A stretch of 15,036 bases of DNA, from the NCBI GenBank assembly GCA_048938895.1, contig JBHLLU010000078.1, forward strand, positions 1 through 15,036. Reading direction: 5' to 3'. The translations under genes were made by a program, and so were the position numbers. The notes under the pieces were generated by a model that made no database searches, was not told the DNA's origin, and was given only the letters and a program-made list of their open reading frames with translations. Below, in pieces: positions 6,396 to 15,036 of this stretch; within the stretch, counting starts at the first letter, position 1, and each line of letters begins with the position of its first letter. This stretch comes from Promethearchaeota archaeon (GTDB taxonomy: Archaea; Asgardarchaeota; Lokiarchaeia; Sigyniarchaeales; SOKP01).

Positions 6396-6995
6396 TTGAT
6401 GGAAAACAATAAGCTCACTAAAGCTTCATATTCTAAAGAAGAGCGAAATGTCATAGATCAGATTAGTGAAATCTATAATTTCATTAAGATAAAAAAATTC
6501 TGCAAATTCATCCCAGAAGTACGAACTAATATTGCTGGTGCGCTAAAAAATGCCAAAAAAAAAGGAGATGTTGCTGGAATTGATGGTAGAATTACAATAG
6601 TTAATGGTCTCCCGAAAGCTGCAGGAGATATCAAATTTGGGGTAGCTGAACATACAGCAAGATTGGTCCTCACAGCAAAAGAATTTGATACTTCTATTAA
6701 TTTTGTTATTAATCTGAAATACACACCTGAATTGATAAAAAGTATTCGAAAAAACACTGATTTACAGTTAGAAGAAATCGATCGAGAAAAGCAACCTAAA
6801 GAGATTAAAAATGAAGAATTTTCTACGATGCAATGGTTAATAAAAGAGAGTGTTGATAAGATTGGGAGGATTCCCGATATTATTTGGGATAAAGGTTCTA
6901 TTGGTAAAGAACCAATGATACGGTTATTTGGTAAGGATGCTACTGATTTAATTGAAAAATTAAGGAAAATTATTAATATTAATGTAGATGATTAA
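6396..6995 (+). CDS. thiN: ThiN-family thiamine-phosphate synthase (stand-alone domain)
   Basis: IPEVRTNI, DVAGIDGRI, FG..EHTAR, STMQW and PDIIWDKGSIGKEPMIRLFG motifs. Adjacent to thiW. Confidence 0.85.
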   Translation: MMENNKLTKASYSKEERNVIDQISEIYNFIKIKKFCKFIPEVRTNIAGALKNAKKKGDVAGIDGRITIVNGLPKAAGDIKFGVAEHTARLVLTAKEFDTSINFVINLKYTPELIKSIRKNTDLQLEEIDREKQPKEIKNEEFSTMQWLIKESVDKIGRIPDIIWDKGSIGKEPMIRLFGKDATDLIEKLRKIININVDD

Positions 6996-7052
6996 GATTT
7001 TAATTAGCAATTTTAAACATTACATCACCATTTTTTTTGAGCTGATATAAAA

Positions 7053-7613
7053 TTGAGTGAAACTCCCTCTCAAACAGCGGAAATATCAAGAAAGCAATTA
7101 ATTCTAAATAAAAAAATTGCAGCAGCTGGTATTTTTATAGCTGTGGGCGTTTTTTTAAGTGCTATAAATCCTTTTGGTTATTTTACCATATTTGGTACAA
7201 AAATCAATCCGTTTGCCCATCTTATTAATGCTATAACTGGTGTTTTAATAGGATTAATCTTCTCTTGCATCACTGCTCTTGGAATAGCAATGCTGCGATT
7301 TGCGACAAATATTGGTACAATCCATGCTTTCCATGGAGGCATTTCTGGAGCTGTGGTGGTAGGTTTAATAGCTTATTTACTCCGTAGAAAGTATCCTAGA
7401 TATGTAGAATTTGCCGCACTATTTGAACCATTAGGTACTATATTTATAGGAGGTACCATCGGTTATTTGATTACAGGAGATATTTTTGTGATTGAGAGTC
7501 TATTTACATTTTGGGTGCTGTTTGCATTAAGTTGTATCCCCGGCTCTATACTGGGCTTTATAATTTTGATGGCATTAAAACCCGCGAAAATATCATGGGA
7601 AGATTTTTTTTAA
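7053..7613 (+). CDS. thiW: ECF-type thiazole/thiamine-precursor transporter S component ThiW
   Basis: Multi-TM protein with NPFAHLINAITGVLIG, LRF..NIGTIHAFHGGISGA and EPLGTIFIGG, matching the ThiW pattern. Follows thiN. Confidence 0.85.
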   Translation: MSETPSQTAEISRKQLILNKKIAAAGIFIAVGVFLSAINPFGYFTIFGTKINPFAHLINAITGVLIGLIFSCITALGIAMLRFATNIGTIHAFHGGISGAVVVGLIAYLLRRKYPRYVEFAALFEPLGTIFIGGTIGYLITGDIFVIESLFTFWVLFALSCIPGSILGFIILMALKPAKISWEDFF

Positions 7614-7637
7614 ATTACATAATTTTCTGTTATATAT

Positions 7638-8225
7638 ATGAATCCTAATTTAAATTTAGAATTTGAGAATCAGATTGGTCATCATACTCTACTATATGGG
7701 GATACTAATACTAATAAGACTTTGCAAACATCTGAATTTGTTAAATTTCTTTTGGAATTAAAAAAAGTACCCCCTATGGAAATCAGCATATTAGATTTTG
7801 CCCCACCCATAATGACTATAAATAATTTAAAAGTCGGAGGAAAAATACTAGATTTTTATGAAAAGGCCAATGATTGCAAAAATATTATGTTTAAAGGAGA
7901 AATAATCCCTCCTCGCTTAAAATCAGACAATAAGAAAGAACTATACGAGAATGCATCTAAAAACTTTCAAAAAACATCGGAGATCCTTAACATATTTAAC
8001 CAAGATCCAACACCCATATTAATAATCAATGATATTTCAATCCATCTTCACATTGGAAGAATTAAATCATTATTAAACGCAATTAGTAAATCTGACACGT
8101 TTTTCGGCAATACTTATTATGGTTCTTCTATTAAACGAGGTTATGCAACTTTCTTCAGTTTGCGAGAACGAAGAAGAGTAAAATCGTTGATTAAAAAAGT
8201 AGAACTGTCTTATTTTATGGGTTAA
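7638..8225 (+). CDS. Uncharacterised P-loop NTPase-fold protein with a deviant Walker A
   Basis: TLLYGDTNTNKT (GxxxxGKT-like with G to N), ISILDFAP, IPPRL and a Walker-B-like ILIINDIS. Confidence 0.6.
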   Translation: MNPNLNLEFENQIGHHTLLYGDTNTNKTLQTSEFVKFLLELKKVPPMEISILDFAPPIMTINNLKVGGKILDFYEKANDCKNIMFKGEIIPPRLKSDNKKELYENASKNFQKTSEILNIFNQDPTPILIINDISIHLHIGRIKSLLNAISKSDTFFGNTYYGSSIKRGYATFFSLRERRRVKSLIKKVELSYFMG

Positions 8226-8291
8226 ATTTTTTTATAAAAATATGATCTTATATCATATAAGATTGTCAATGCTAGTGATATTGACTTAAAA

Positions 8292-9260
8292 ATGGCGAAA
8301 AAGAATATCATTCTAATTTTCATATTAATTATATCAGGCTTGAGTGTGGATATATATCTTCCTACTGTTTTCCTTTCCTCTGGACTGCAATCATATGATA
8401 TTATTGAAGAATCAGAAATTTGGTATTTTCCAGAAGATCTTTCTCCTCAGGTAGATTTAAGTATCATTACTGATGTGGGCAATATCAAAATAGAATATGT
8501 TGAACCCTCATTTAGTACTTATGGAAAGATTAATGTTATTTTTAACATAGCAGGTTCAGATTTAGCTGGAAAATCCTATACAGATTACTTTTCCCTCAAT
8601 TACCAAACTACTAATTCTAGAGCTAATTTCACTTTAGAGGTTCTTTCAGATGACTGGTTTGATACTTCCTTATGGTCACTGCGGAATATCAGTATCATTA
8701 TCTCTCTTAGATCAGATGTCATATTCAATATAAATGCTACCCTTGAATATGGAGATTTTGATTTGGTTGTTCCCTATGGTGTTTCGATTGGAAATATCCA
8801 TATAAAGATATCCTCAGGAAATATTCTCTATAATTTTAACCACTGTATAATTGATGGAAATATAACAGGGATAACAAATAAAGGTGATTTAAACTTACAA
8901 TCGTATAATGTGGAATATACTCAAAACCACAATTGGATGCTTAACAGTACAGATGGAGATATGACCATTGCAATCTCTCAATATAAAGAGATGGGTGCAA
9001 ACATAACCGGTACTGCTATGATAATAAATAGTGATTTAGATCTTTTTTATAATGACACTTCTTCCGATATTGGCGCTATATTTTATTTCCCTTGCGTATC
9101 CCAGGATCCAGCAATTGGTGGGGGCGGATTTGCTGGAGCTAGCAAAGGTGTAGGTGTTATATATACTTCTCTTGATTTTCCTACCAAAAATAATTATAAT
9201 TTGACATTCTATCTCCCAGATATTTCTCAAGATCACAATTTATACATTCACAGTGATTAG
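8292..9260 (+). CDS. Membrane-anchored or secreted beta-strand-rich hypothetical protein
   Basis: N-terminal MAKK plus a hydrophobic stretch. Recurrent G-D/N-hydrophobic strand motifs (TDVGNI, EYGDF, SSGNI, NKGDL, TDGDM). Many N-x-S/T sequons. Confidence 0.7.
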   Translation: MAKKNIILIFILIISGLSVDIYLPTVFLSSGLQSYDIIEESEIWYFPEDLSPQVDLSIITDVGNIKIEYVEPSFSTYGKINVIFNIAGSDLAGKSYTDYFSLNYQTTNSRANFTLEVLSDDWFDTSLWSLRNISIIISLRSDVIFNINATLEYGDFDLVVPYGVSIGNIHIKISSGNILYNFNHCIIDGNITGITNKGDLNLQSYNVEYTQNHNWMLNSTDGDMTIAISQYKEMGANITGTAMIINSDLDLFYNDTSSDIGAIFYFPCVSQDPAIGGGGFAGASKGVGVIYTSLDFPTKNNYNLTFYLPDISQDHNLYIHSD

Positions 9261-9311
9261 AAATTAGCTTGTTTATATTAAATTTACACTGAGTTATAAT
9301 TTGATTCCGCC

Positions 9312-10982
9312 TTAAACGAAAGATACGTTTTTAAATGAATCTTTTATTGGGTGAGGATGCCAACCTATTAATTTTGATATATAAATATCTATGCGTGTCC
9401 TAGAATTAAGCCAAACATGGGGAAAAACCACTTCAATGAGGCATTTTTGAATATCATAATATAGTTGTCTTCTAGCATTGGGATCTGTTTCAATTACAGC
9501 TTCTTCCATCCATTCTTGTACTTGTGTATCATTCACTTGTCCCATGTTATACCCAATCTTTTTATTTGTGTAGAATTCATTAATAAAGTTGCTGGGATCG
9601 TTATAATCCGCAAGCCAAAAATTATAATCAAGCTCAACCTCATCTCTATGATCACCATCAATGTCTTCGGATCTTCTCAACCATTCTGCAAAAGATATAA
9701 TAGTAGGCAGTACTTTTACTCCAATTTGTCTAAGGTCTTCAACAATTCGATCTGAATACCATATACTTCTTAGCCATTGATAACAAGCAGAATAAGTATA
9801 AGTTGCGAGAGGAGTTGGACTATCTGCTACCAGTTCCCATTCATTACCAGCACTGATATTATTGTTTACAGTCAATAACTCAGTTCCAGGCCAATTTCCA
9901 TCTTTTAAGGTTTGTCTTGCAATAGTAATATTATAATATGGCACATTAATGCCTGATATATTATAATATAAAATACCTTCTGGAATTGGACTTTTAGCTC
10001 TTACAAAAGTATGGTGATATTGATAGCTAGAATAATTAAAAGCATAAGAAATTGCTTTTCTCATGGTAATGTTAATTAATTTGTTATTCATCACGATAAA
10101 ATCTACCCATGGAACGGGTATTCCATCTGTTACCTTAAATGAAGGATTATTTCTGAAGGAATCTAGGATTGATTCATTAAACCCCGCAGACTTCTTTATG
10201 TGAATTTCACCCGATAATAGTGCATCTTCTACCAATTCGTCTGAAATTTGAAGAAAAATTAGTTTATCGACTTTTGGTTTGCCACCCCAGTAATATTGAT
10301 TGGCAGATAAGGTTAAGTTACCAAAATGATCAAAAATAAAAGGTCCTGTCCCCACAAGGGCTTTTGGAGGGACAATAAAATCATCTGCTGGTGTAGAAGT
10401 TGGGGATACTATATATGAATAAGTCGATGCAAGTAAACTCAAGAGAGGTGAATAGGGCGAGTTTAATATGAATTTAACAGTATATTGATCTATAACTTGA
10501 GTTTCATTAATGATAGACCTATTATCAGGGAGTTTCCATAGAAAAGAGAAATAGACATTGTCAATAAGTCTATATGCTCTGTCGATGTTCCATTTAACAG
10601 CAGTCGCATTAAATGGTGTTCCATCGTGGAATTTGACTCCCTGTCTAAGTGTACATGTAAGGTTTAAGTCATCAGTACTCCACTCATGATGAGTTGCAAG
10701 GCAATTAATTATTTCTGAATTCTCATCTATATCAAATAAACCTTCAGCAACCTGATTAATGACATCTGCGTCTACCGGATCCGAAACATCAATTGGATCA
10801 ATAGTGTAAGGAAGACCATAGCCACAAAAGTATAAAATCTTAGGTTGTGTAGTTTTAATATTTATTCCTACTATAATGCCTGCTACTGCAAAGGCAGCGA
10901 TTATACCACTAATCATTAAAGGTTTCTTTATACCTTCAATTTTTTTAACTTTCTTCTTTGTGGGGGCTCTTTCTGTTGTCAT
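9312..10982 (-). CDS. ABC transporter substrate-binding protein, family 5 (peptide/nickel)
   Basis: N-terminal TM anchor, then LRQGVKFHDGTPFNATAVKWN, GTGPF, MRKAISYAFN and WLADYNDPSNF motifs. Confidence 0.92.
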   Translation of the reverse strand: MTTERAPTKKKVKKIEGIKKPLMISGIIAAFAVAGIIVGINIKTTQPKILYFCGYGLPYTIDPIDVSDPVDADVINQVAEGLFDIDENSEIINCLATHHEWSTDDLNLTCTLRQGVKFHDGTPFNATAVKWNIDRAYRLIDNVYFSFLWKLPDNRSIINETQVIDQYTVKFILNSPYSPLLSLLASTYSYIVSPTSTPADDFIVPPKALVGTGPFIFDHFGNLTLSANQYYWGGKPKVDKLIFLQISDELVEDALLSGEIHIKKSAGFNESILDSFRNNPSFKVTDGIPVPWVDFIVMNNKLINITMRKAISYAFNYSSYQYHHTFVRAKSPIPEGILYYNISGINVPYYNITIARQTLKDGNWPGTELLTVNNNISAGNEWELVADSPTPLATYTYSACYQWLRSIWYSDRIVEDLRQIGVKVLPTIISFAEWLRRSEDIDGDHRDEVELDYNFWLADYNDPSNFINEFYTNKKIGYNMGQVNDTQVQEWMEEAVIETDPNARRQLYYDIQKCLIEVVFPHVWLNSRTRIDIYISKLIGWHPHPIKDSFKNVSFV

Positions 10983-11198
10983 TTTATCCTCAACTTAACG
11001 AATTTCTCAATTTAACCTAGTTAATTTACAATTTAATGAGATTTCGCATTTTATGTATTAAAATAATAAAATAATGTTATTCTTATTAAATCTTTCTACA
11101 ATTATACTCAAAGACAGCAGATCCTTTATGACAAAAGAATTTTAACCAATGGCCAATTTAATTATCTACATATTATAAATAAAATGGTGTGTTAAAAA

Positions 11199-11858
11199 AT
11201 GAAGAAGCTAGTGTTATTTGGTCCACCTGGAGCGGGGAAGGGTACATTTTCAGGGCAAATAAAAAAACTATTACCGGAAATAGCTCATATAAGCACGGGA
11301 GATATCTTTAGGGAAAATCTTAAAAATGAAACACCCTTAGGATTAAAAGCTAAATCTTATATGGATAAGGGAGAATTAGTTCCTGATGATGTCACTATTG
11401 ATATGGTTCGGGATAGGCTAAGTAGGGAAGACGTAAAAAAATATGGTTTTATCCTTGATGGATTCCCACGAAACATGACTCAAGCAAAAGCATTAAGTGA
11501 AATGACTCAGGTTGACTTTCTCCTCTTATTAGAAGTTAGTCGAGATATAATTGCAAAACGGATATTAGGCAGATTTGGCTGTAGCAGTTGCAATGAAATT
11601 TATAATAAATATACTTTACCACCAAAAGAAAAAATAGAAGAGAACAAATGGATCTGTGATAAATGTGGTGCTGAAATAGAATTCAAACAAAGAAGCGATG
11701 ATACAGAAGAAACTTTGAAGAATCGATTAGACACGTATGAGAAAAATGCAAAACCTATTATTAAATATTACAAAAAAATGGGAAAATTGAAAAAAGTTGA
11801 TGCTACAGATACATTGAGTTATACTGAAGATGATATAAAGAAAATTATAAGAATTTAA
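11199..11858 (+). CDS. adk: Adenylate kinase, bacterial/eukaryotic-type with a Zn-binding LID
   Basis: GPPGAGKGT, HISTGDIFR, GELVPD, GFILDGFPR, LID cysteines CSSC...CDKC and QRSDDTEE. Confidence 0.95.
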   Translation: MKKLVLFGPPGAGKGTFSGQIKKLLPEIAHISTGDIFRENLKNETPLGLKAKSYMDKGELVPDDVTIDMVRDRLSREDVKKYGFILDGFPRNMTQAKALSEMTQVDFLLLLEVSRDIIAKRILGRFGCSSCNEIYNKYTLPPKEKIEENKWICDKCGAEIEFKQRSDDTEETLKNRLDTYEKNAKPIIKYYKKMGKLKKVDATDTLSYTEDDIKKIIRI

Positions 11859-11885
11859 TTTTTTTTACTAATTTATTATTATATT

Positions 11886-12638
11886 ATGAAATTTAATATC
11901 TGTGTGCCGATACCTATTAAATCTGCGAATATTATTGAATTAAAATCATTAATAGAAAAATCACTAAGGTCTTATCCTAACCTAATTGAATTTAGATATG
12001 ACTATATCGACAATGTTAAGCATATTACTCAAGATTTAACAAATGAGTTGTTATCTGATGTTCAAGCTGAAATCCCTGTTATTTTTACGTTTAGAACTCA
12101 TCATGAAGGTGGACAAATGCAAATTGATGAAAAAATGCGTTTAAAAACAATAAGAACGCTAATTTTATCGAAGCCTAATTATTTAGATATAGAAATGAAT
12201 ACAGAGAAAAGAATGTTAAATGAAATTATTAATTTAGCAAATCAAAATAACGTACACTTGATTTTCTCATATCATGATTTTGATAAAACACCATCATATG
12301 AGACGGTATCCAATCAAATCCATAATTTTTTAGATAAATTAGGAGAAGAATATGGATTTGGATCTCAAAATATTGAAAATATCATAATAAAAATGATTTT
12401 TACCGCTCAGAAATTTGAAGATAATATTGTGCCATTAAAATTATGTAAGGAAATCTCAAAACAAAATACTAGAATTATTTCCTTTTGTATGGGAGATCTA
12501 GGAATATTATCAAGAATTTTGTGTGTTTTAAATGGCTCTTTCTTAACTTATGGCTCATTCGTAGGAGAAACAGCACCAGGACAAATCAATATCAAAAAAT
12601 TAAGGGATATGATTGATGTTCTTCGAGAAGATGAGTAA
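11886..12638 (+). CDS. aroD: Type I 3-dehydroquinate dehydratase
   Basis: IEFRYD, IFTFRT..EGG, SYHDF (catalytic His), IIKM (Schiff-base Lys), FCMG..G..SR and TAPGQ. Confidence 0.93.
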   Translation: MKFNICVPIPIKSANIIELKSLIEKSLRSYPNLIEFRYDYIDNVKHITQDLTNELLSDVQAEIPVIFTFRTHHEGGQMQIDEKMRLKTIRTLILSKPNYLDIEMNTEKRMLNEIINLANQNNVHLIFSYHDFDKTPSYETVSNQIHNFLDKLGEEYGFGSQNIENIIIKMIFTAQKFEDNIVPLKLCKEISKQNTRIISFCMGDLGILSRILCVLNGSFLTYGSFVGETAPGQINIKKLRDMIDVLREDE

Positions 12639-12695
12639 ATAGTGTTTTAATGGTAATAAAATTTAAAAAAATAAGGGAAGAAAATAATTGAAATA

Positions 12696-12869
12696 TTAGT
12701 TTTTCTTAAATAAGTTCCCACAGTCTCCACATTTCATATTAGTAGAATAGACCGGAGTACCCTGCATACTGTAATATAGTACATTATTCCGATCAGCTTC
12801 TTCATGGAGTTTCCGTGGATTCTCATTGCCACATTGAGGACATTTAACTCTTTTCCAATTTTCAGTCAT
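12696..12869 (-). CDS. Small C4 zinc-ribbon protein (57 aa; missed by ORF track)
   Basis: Manual translation: MTENWKRVKCPQCGNENPRKLHEEADRNNVLYYSMQGTPVYSTNMKCGDCGNLFKKN*. Two CxxCG knuckles. TTATATAA TATA-like box at 12903-12910. Confidence 0.85.
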   Translation of the reverse strand: MTENWKRVKCPQCGNENPRKLHEEADRNNVLYYSMQGTPVYSTNMKCGDCGNLFKKN

Positions 12870-12934
12870 TTTAAAATAACCCTAACCCTTTAGTAAAATG
12901 AGTTATATAATTAGTAGGGTTCATAAATTTAAAT

Positions 12935-13465
12935 TTAGGTTTTTATTCCGGTTTTTATAACTACTTCCTCAACAATCTCTTCCACTTCCTTCCCAGTTGT
13001 TTCAATTATGTATTCTGCGGCTGCTTTATAATACGGTCTTCGAAATTTTAGTACCTTTTCTATTTCTTTTTTTGGATCCTCCTTATCTATTACAGGTCTT
13101 GTTTCTTTCCCATCTTTAATAGCTCTTTTAAAAATTTCCTCGATAGACGCTTCCAATAAAACTATATGGCAGTTTTTTTTTAAATTATCAATATTTATTT
13201 TATTTAAAACGACACCTCCACCACAAGATACTACTATTTTGGAAAGATTCGAAACTTCTTCACAGGCTCTAATTTCATATTCTCTAAATTTGTCTTCACC
13301 ATCTTCAGAAAAAATCTCTGGAATTGTTTTACCTGCCATTTTAATTATTATCTGATCAGTTTCAATGAATTTATATGTACTTCCTAAATACTCTGTTAAT
13401 GATTCTCCTACGGTGGTTTTTCCAGTAGCCATGAAACCGATGAGCGCAATGCTATTTTTATTCAT
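12935..13465 (-). CDS. aroK: Shikimate kinase, NMP-kinase (bacterial AroK) type
   Basis: IALIGFMATGKTTVG, EIF..DGE.KFR..E, SCGGGVV, TRPVI and RRPYY. Lies near aroD and aroE. Confidence 0.93.
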   Translation of the reverse strand: MNKNSIALIGFMATGKTTVGESLTEYLGSTYKFIETDQIIIKMAGKTIPEIFSEDGEDKFREYEIRACEEVSNLSKIVVSCGGGVVLNKINIDNLKKNCHIVLLEASIEEIFKRAIKDGKETRPVIDKEDPKKEIEKVLKFRRPYYKAAAEYIIETTGKEVEEIVEEVVIKTGIKT

Positions 13466-13507
13466 TTTTATTCTTAATTTAACTTTGAATTACTTTCAAT
13501 CTGTACA

Positions 13508-14068
13508 TCACTGTAGAGAAAATCCATGCCTTCCTATAGCCCCTTTTTTTAAAGCAATATAATTCCCCGAGATATAGGCGAAAGTGTTTATTTTATCTGG
13601 ATCTAAATTGTTATTCTTCACATAATTACTATCAGAATGTACAGCTACTACTTCACCAAAATAACAGACGTGAGAACCTAATTCTGTCCTCTGAATTACT
13701 TTACATTCCATATTCCATGGGAATTCTTTTACTAAGGGTACTTCAATTATTGATGCTTTTTCCTTTGTTAGGTTCAACTCTTTCCATTTGTTTACATTTC
13801 TCCCTGATCTTGTTCCACAATAATCCATATCTCTCAACTGGTCAATGGTGGGATAATTTATCCCAAATTCCCCATGTTTCTCAATTAATTTATAAGAATG
13901 GCGTCTGGGTTGCATAGATATCGCAATAAGCGGAGGTTGCATACAAACCTTTCCTACGTATGCAAGTGTAATTAAATTTGCTTCATCTCCAGTTCCCACT
14001 GATATAACAGCAGCGGGCATTGGAAAGGTAGTCATTCCTGTACTCAATTTAACTTTTTCCATCTCCAA
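13508..14068 (-). CDS. Flavin reductase-like / flavoredoxin-family FMN-binding protein
   Basis: FPMPAAVIS, PPLIAIS, RHSY..I...GEFGIN, DYCGTRSGR, MECKV and LGSH..YFGEVV. TTG start with GAGGT upstream. Confidence 0.9.
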   Translation of the reverse strand: MEMEKVKLSTGMTTFPMPAAVISVGTGDEANLITLAYVGKVCMQPPLIAISMQPRRHSYKLIEKHGEFGINYPTIDQLRDMDYCGTRSGRNVNKWKELNLTKEKASIIEVPLVKEFPWNMECKVIQRTELGSHVCYFGEVVAVHSDSNYVKNNNLDPDKINTFAYISGNYIALKKGAIGRHGFSLQ

Positions 14069-14154
14069 TATTTACCTCTTTTTAGCTAAATAATTATATA
14101 TTACAATTTTTCTTTAACATATTATTAATAAAATTTAAAACTTCTGCTTACATC

Positions 14155-15024
14155 ATGCTGTCTGGAAAAGCTATTACCTCACGCACTAATCTTTTGGGCG
14201 TTATGGGACATCCCATTGAACATAGTATGTCTCCTATAATGTGGAATCCTGCCCTACAAGAGTTAGGACTTGATTACATTTATGTAGCTTTTGATGTTCA
14301 ACCCGAAAATCTTGAAAAAGCCATCAATGGGATAAGAACATTAGGAATCAAAGGAGTAAATGTCACACACCCCCACAAAAGCACAATAATTAAACATCTT
14401 GATGAGGTTGATGCTTTCGCATTGAAGTTAGGGGCAATTAATACTATTAAAAATGAAGATGGAGTTTTAAAAGCAAGAAACACAGACGCAGGTGGGGCAA
14501 AGAAATCTCTACTGGATAAAGGATGCAAAATCGAGGGAAAAATTATACTCATTTTAGGTTCTGGGGGTGTTTCAAGAGCTATAGCTTATGTCTTAGCAGA
14601 AGAAGCTAAAAAAATAGTTGTGACTGATGTAATTGAAGAAAGGGCGTTAATTGTTGCTAGGGAAATCAAAAATAATATGAATATGGATATTGAAGGAGTT
14701 ATAAATAGTAATAAAAATCTTGAGGCATCTATAAAGAAAACAGATATTCTTATCAATGCAACTCCCATTGGGATGTATCCCAAAGTTGATGAATCCCCAA
14801 TACCGAAAAAATTAATTCGAGAAAACCTTTTCGTATTCGATGTTATTTATAATCCTCTTAAAACAAGATTAATTAAGGAAGCTGCAGAGATTGGATGTGA
14901 AACATTAGGCGGATTAGATATGCTCATTAACCAAGGAATATTAGCATTTGAATGGTGGTTAAATAAAACACCTAATAAAGAGCTGATGAAGGATAAAATT
15001 ATCGAATATCTTGGGTTAACATAA
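14155..15024 (+). CDS. aroE: Shikimate dehydrogenase
   Basis: GHPIEHSMSP, GVNVTHPHK, GAINT, NTDAGG, GSGGVSRA, NATPIGM, DVIYNP and GLDMLINQG. Confidence 0.95.
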   Translation: MLSGKAITSRTNLLGVMGHPIEHSMSPIMWNPALQELGLDYIYVAFDVQPENLEKAINGIRTLGIKGVNVTHPHKSTIIKHLDEVDAFALKLGAINTIKNEDGVLKARNTDAGGAKKSLLDKGCKIEGKIILILGSGGVSRAIAYVLAEEAKKIVVTDVIEERALIVAREIKNNMNMDIEGVINSNKNLEASIKKTDILINATPIGMYPKVDESPIPKKLIRENLFVFDVIYNPLKTRLIKEAAEIGCETLGGLDMLINQGILAFEWWLNKTPNKELMKDKIIEYLGLT

Positions 15025-15036
15025 TGAAAAGCGAAA

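Noticed and set aside
12877-12889. Telomere-like TAACCC x2
   Set aside because: Only two units in an intergenic spacer, consistent with chance.
2178-14783. Short antisense ORFs in the track (2178, 2571, 2984, 3076, 4294, 6473, 9036, 9465, 13365, 13717, 14298, 14586)
   Set aside because: All lie opposite well-supported genes and have no recognisable motifs, so they are treated as shadow ORFs.
15024-15036. Possible next gene starting at an ATG overlapping the aroE stop (TAATG; MKSE...)
   Set aside because: Only four codons fall within the window, so it cannot be supported.

Overview
AT-rich archaeal chromosomal region, most likely an Asgard (Lokiarchaeia-like) genome. That assignment is inferred from the Sec61alpha-like SecY, the archaeal/eukaryotic-type stalk proteins and GAGGTG-type SD motifs. 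Left part (minus strand): rpl11-rpl1-rpl10(P0)-rpl12(P1), then the 5' part of secY. Middle and right: an orphan cheB, two tandem FAH-family hydrolases, thiN-thiW, a degenerate P-loop protein, a membrane-anchored beta-rich protein, an orphan family-5 ABC substrate-binding protein, adk, aroD/aroK/aroE, a flavin reductase and a 57-aa zinc-ribbon ORF missed by the ORF track. Main observation: rpl11 is interrupted inside its conserved GPPxGP motif by a 35-nt frame-breaking insert containing an in-frame stop (3237-3203, minus strand). The junctions fold into a bulge-helix-bulge motif, and canonical tRNA-splicing-endonuclease cuts would restore the frame exactly (..GGPP-I-GPAVGP.., 165 aa). This is a candidate archaeal pre-mRNA intron in a ribosomal protein gene. 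The same operon has a long, structured putative 5' leader.
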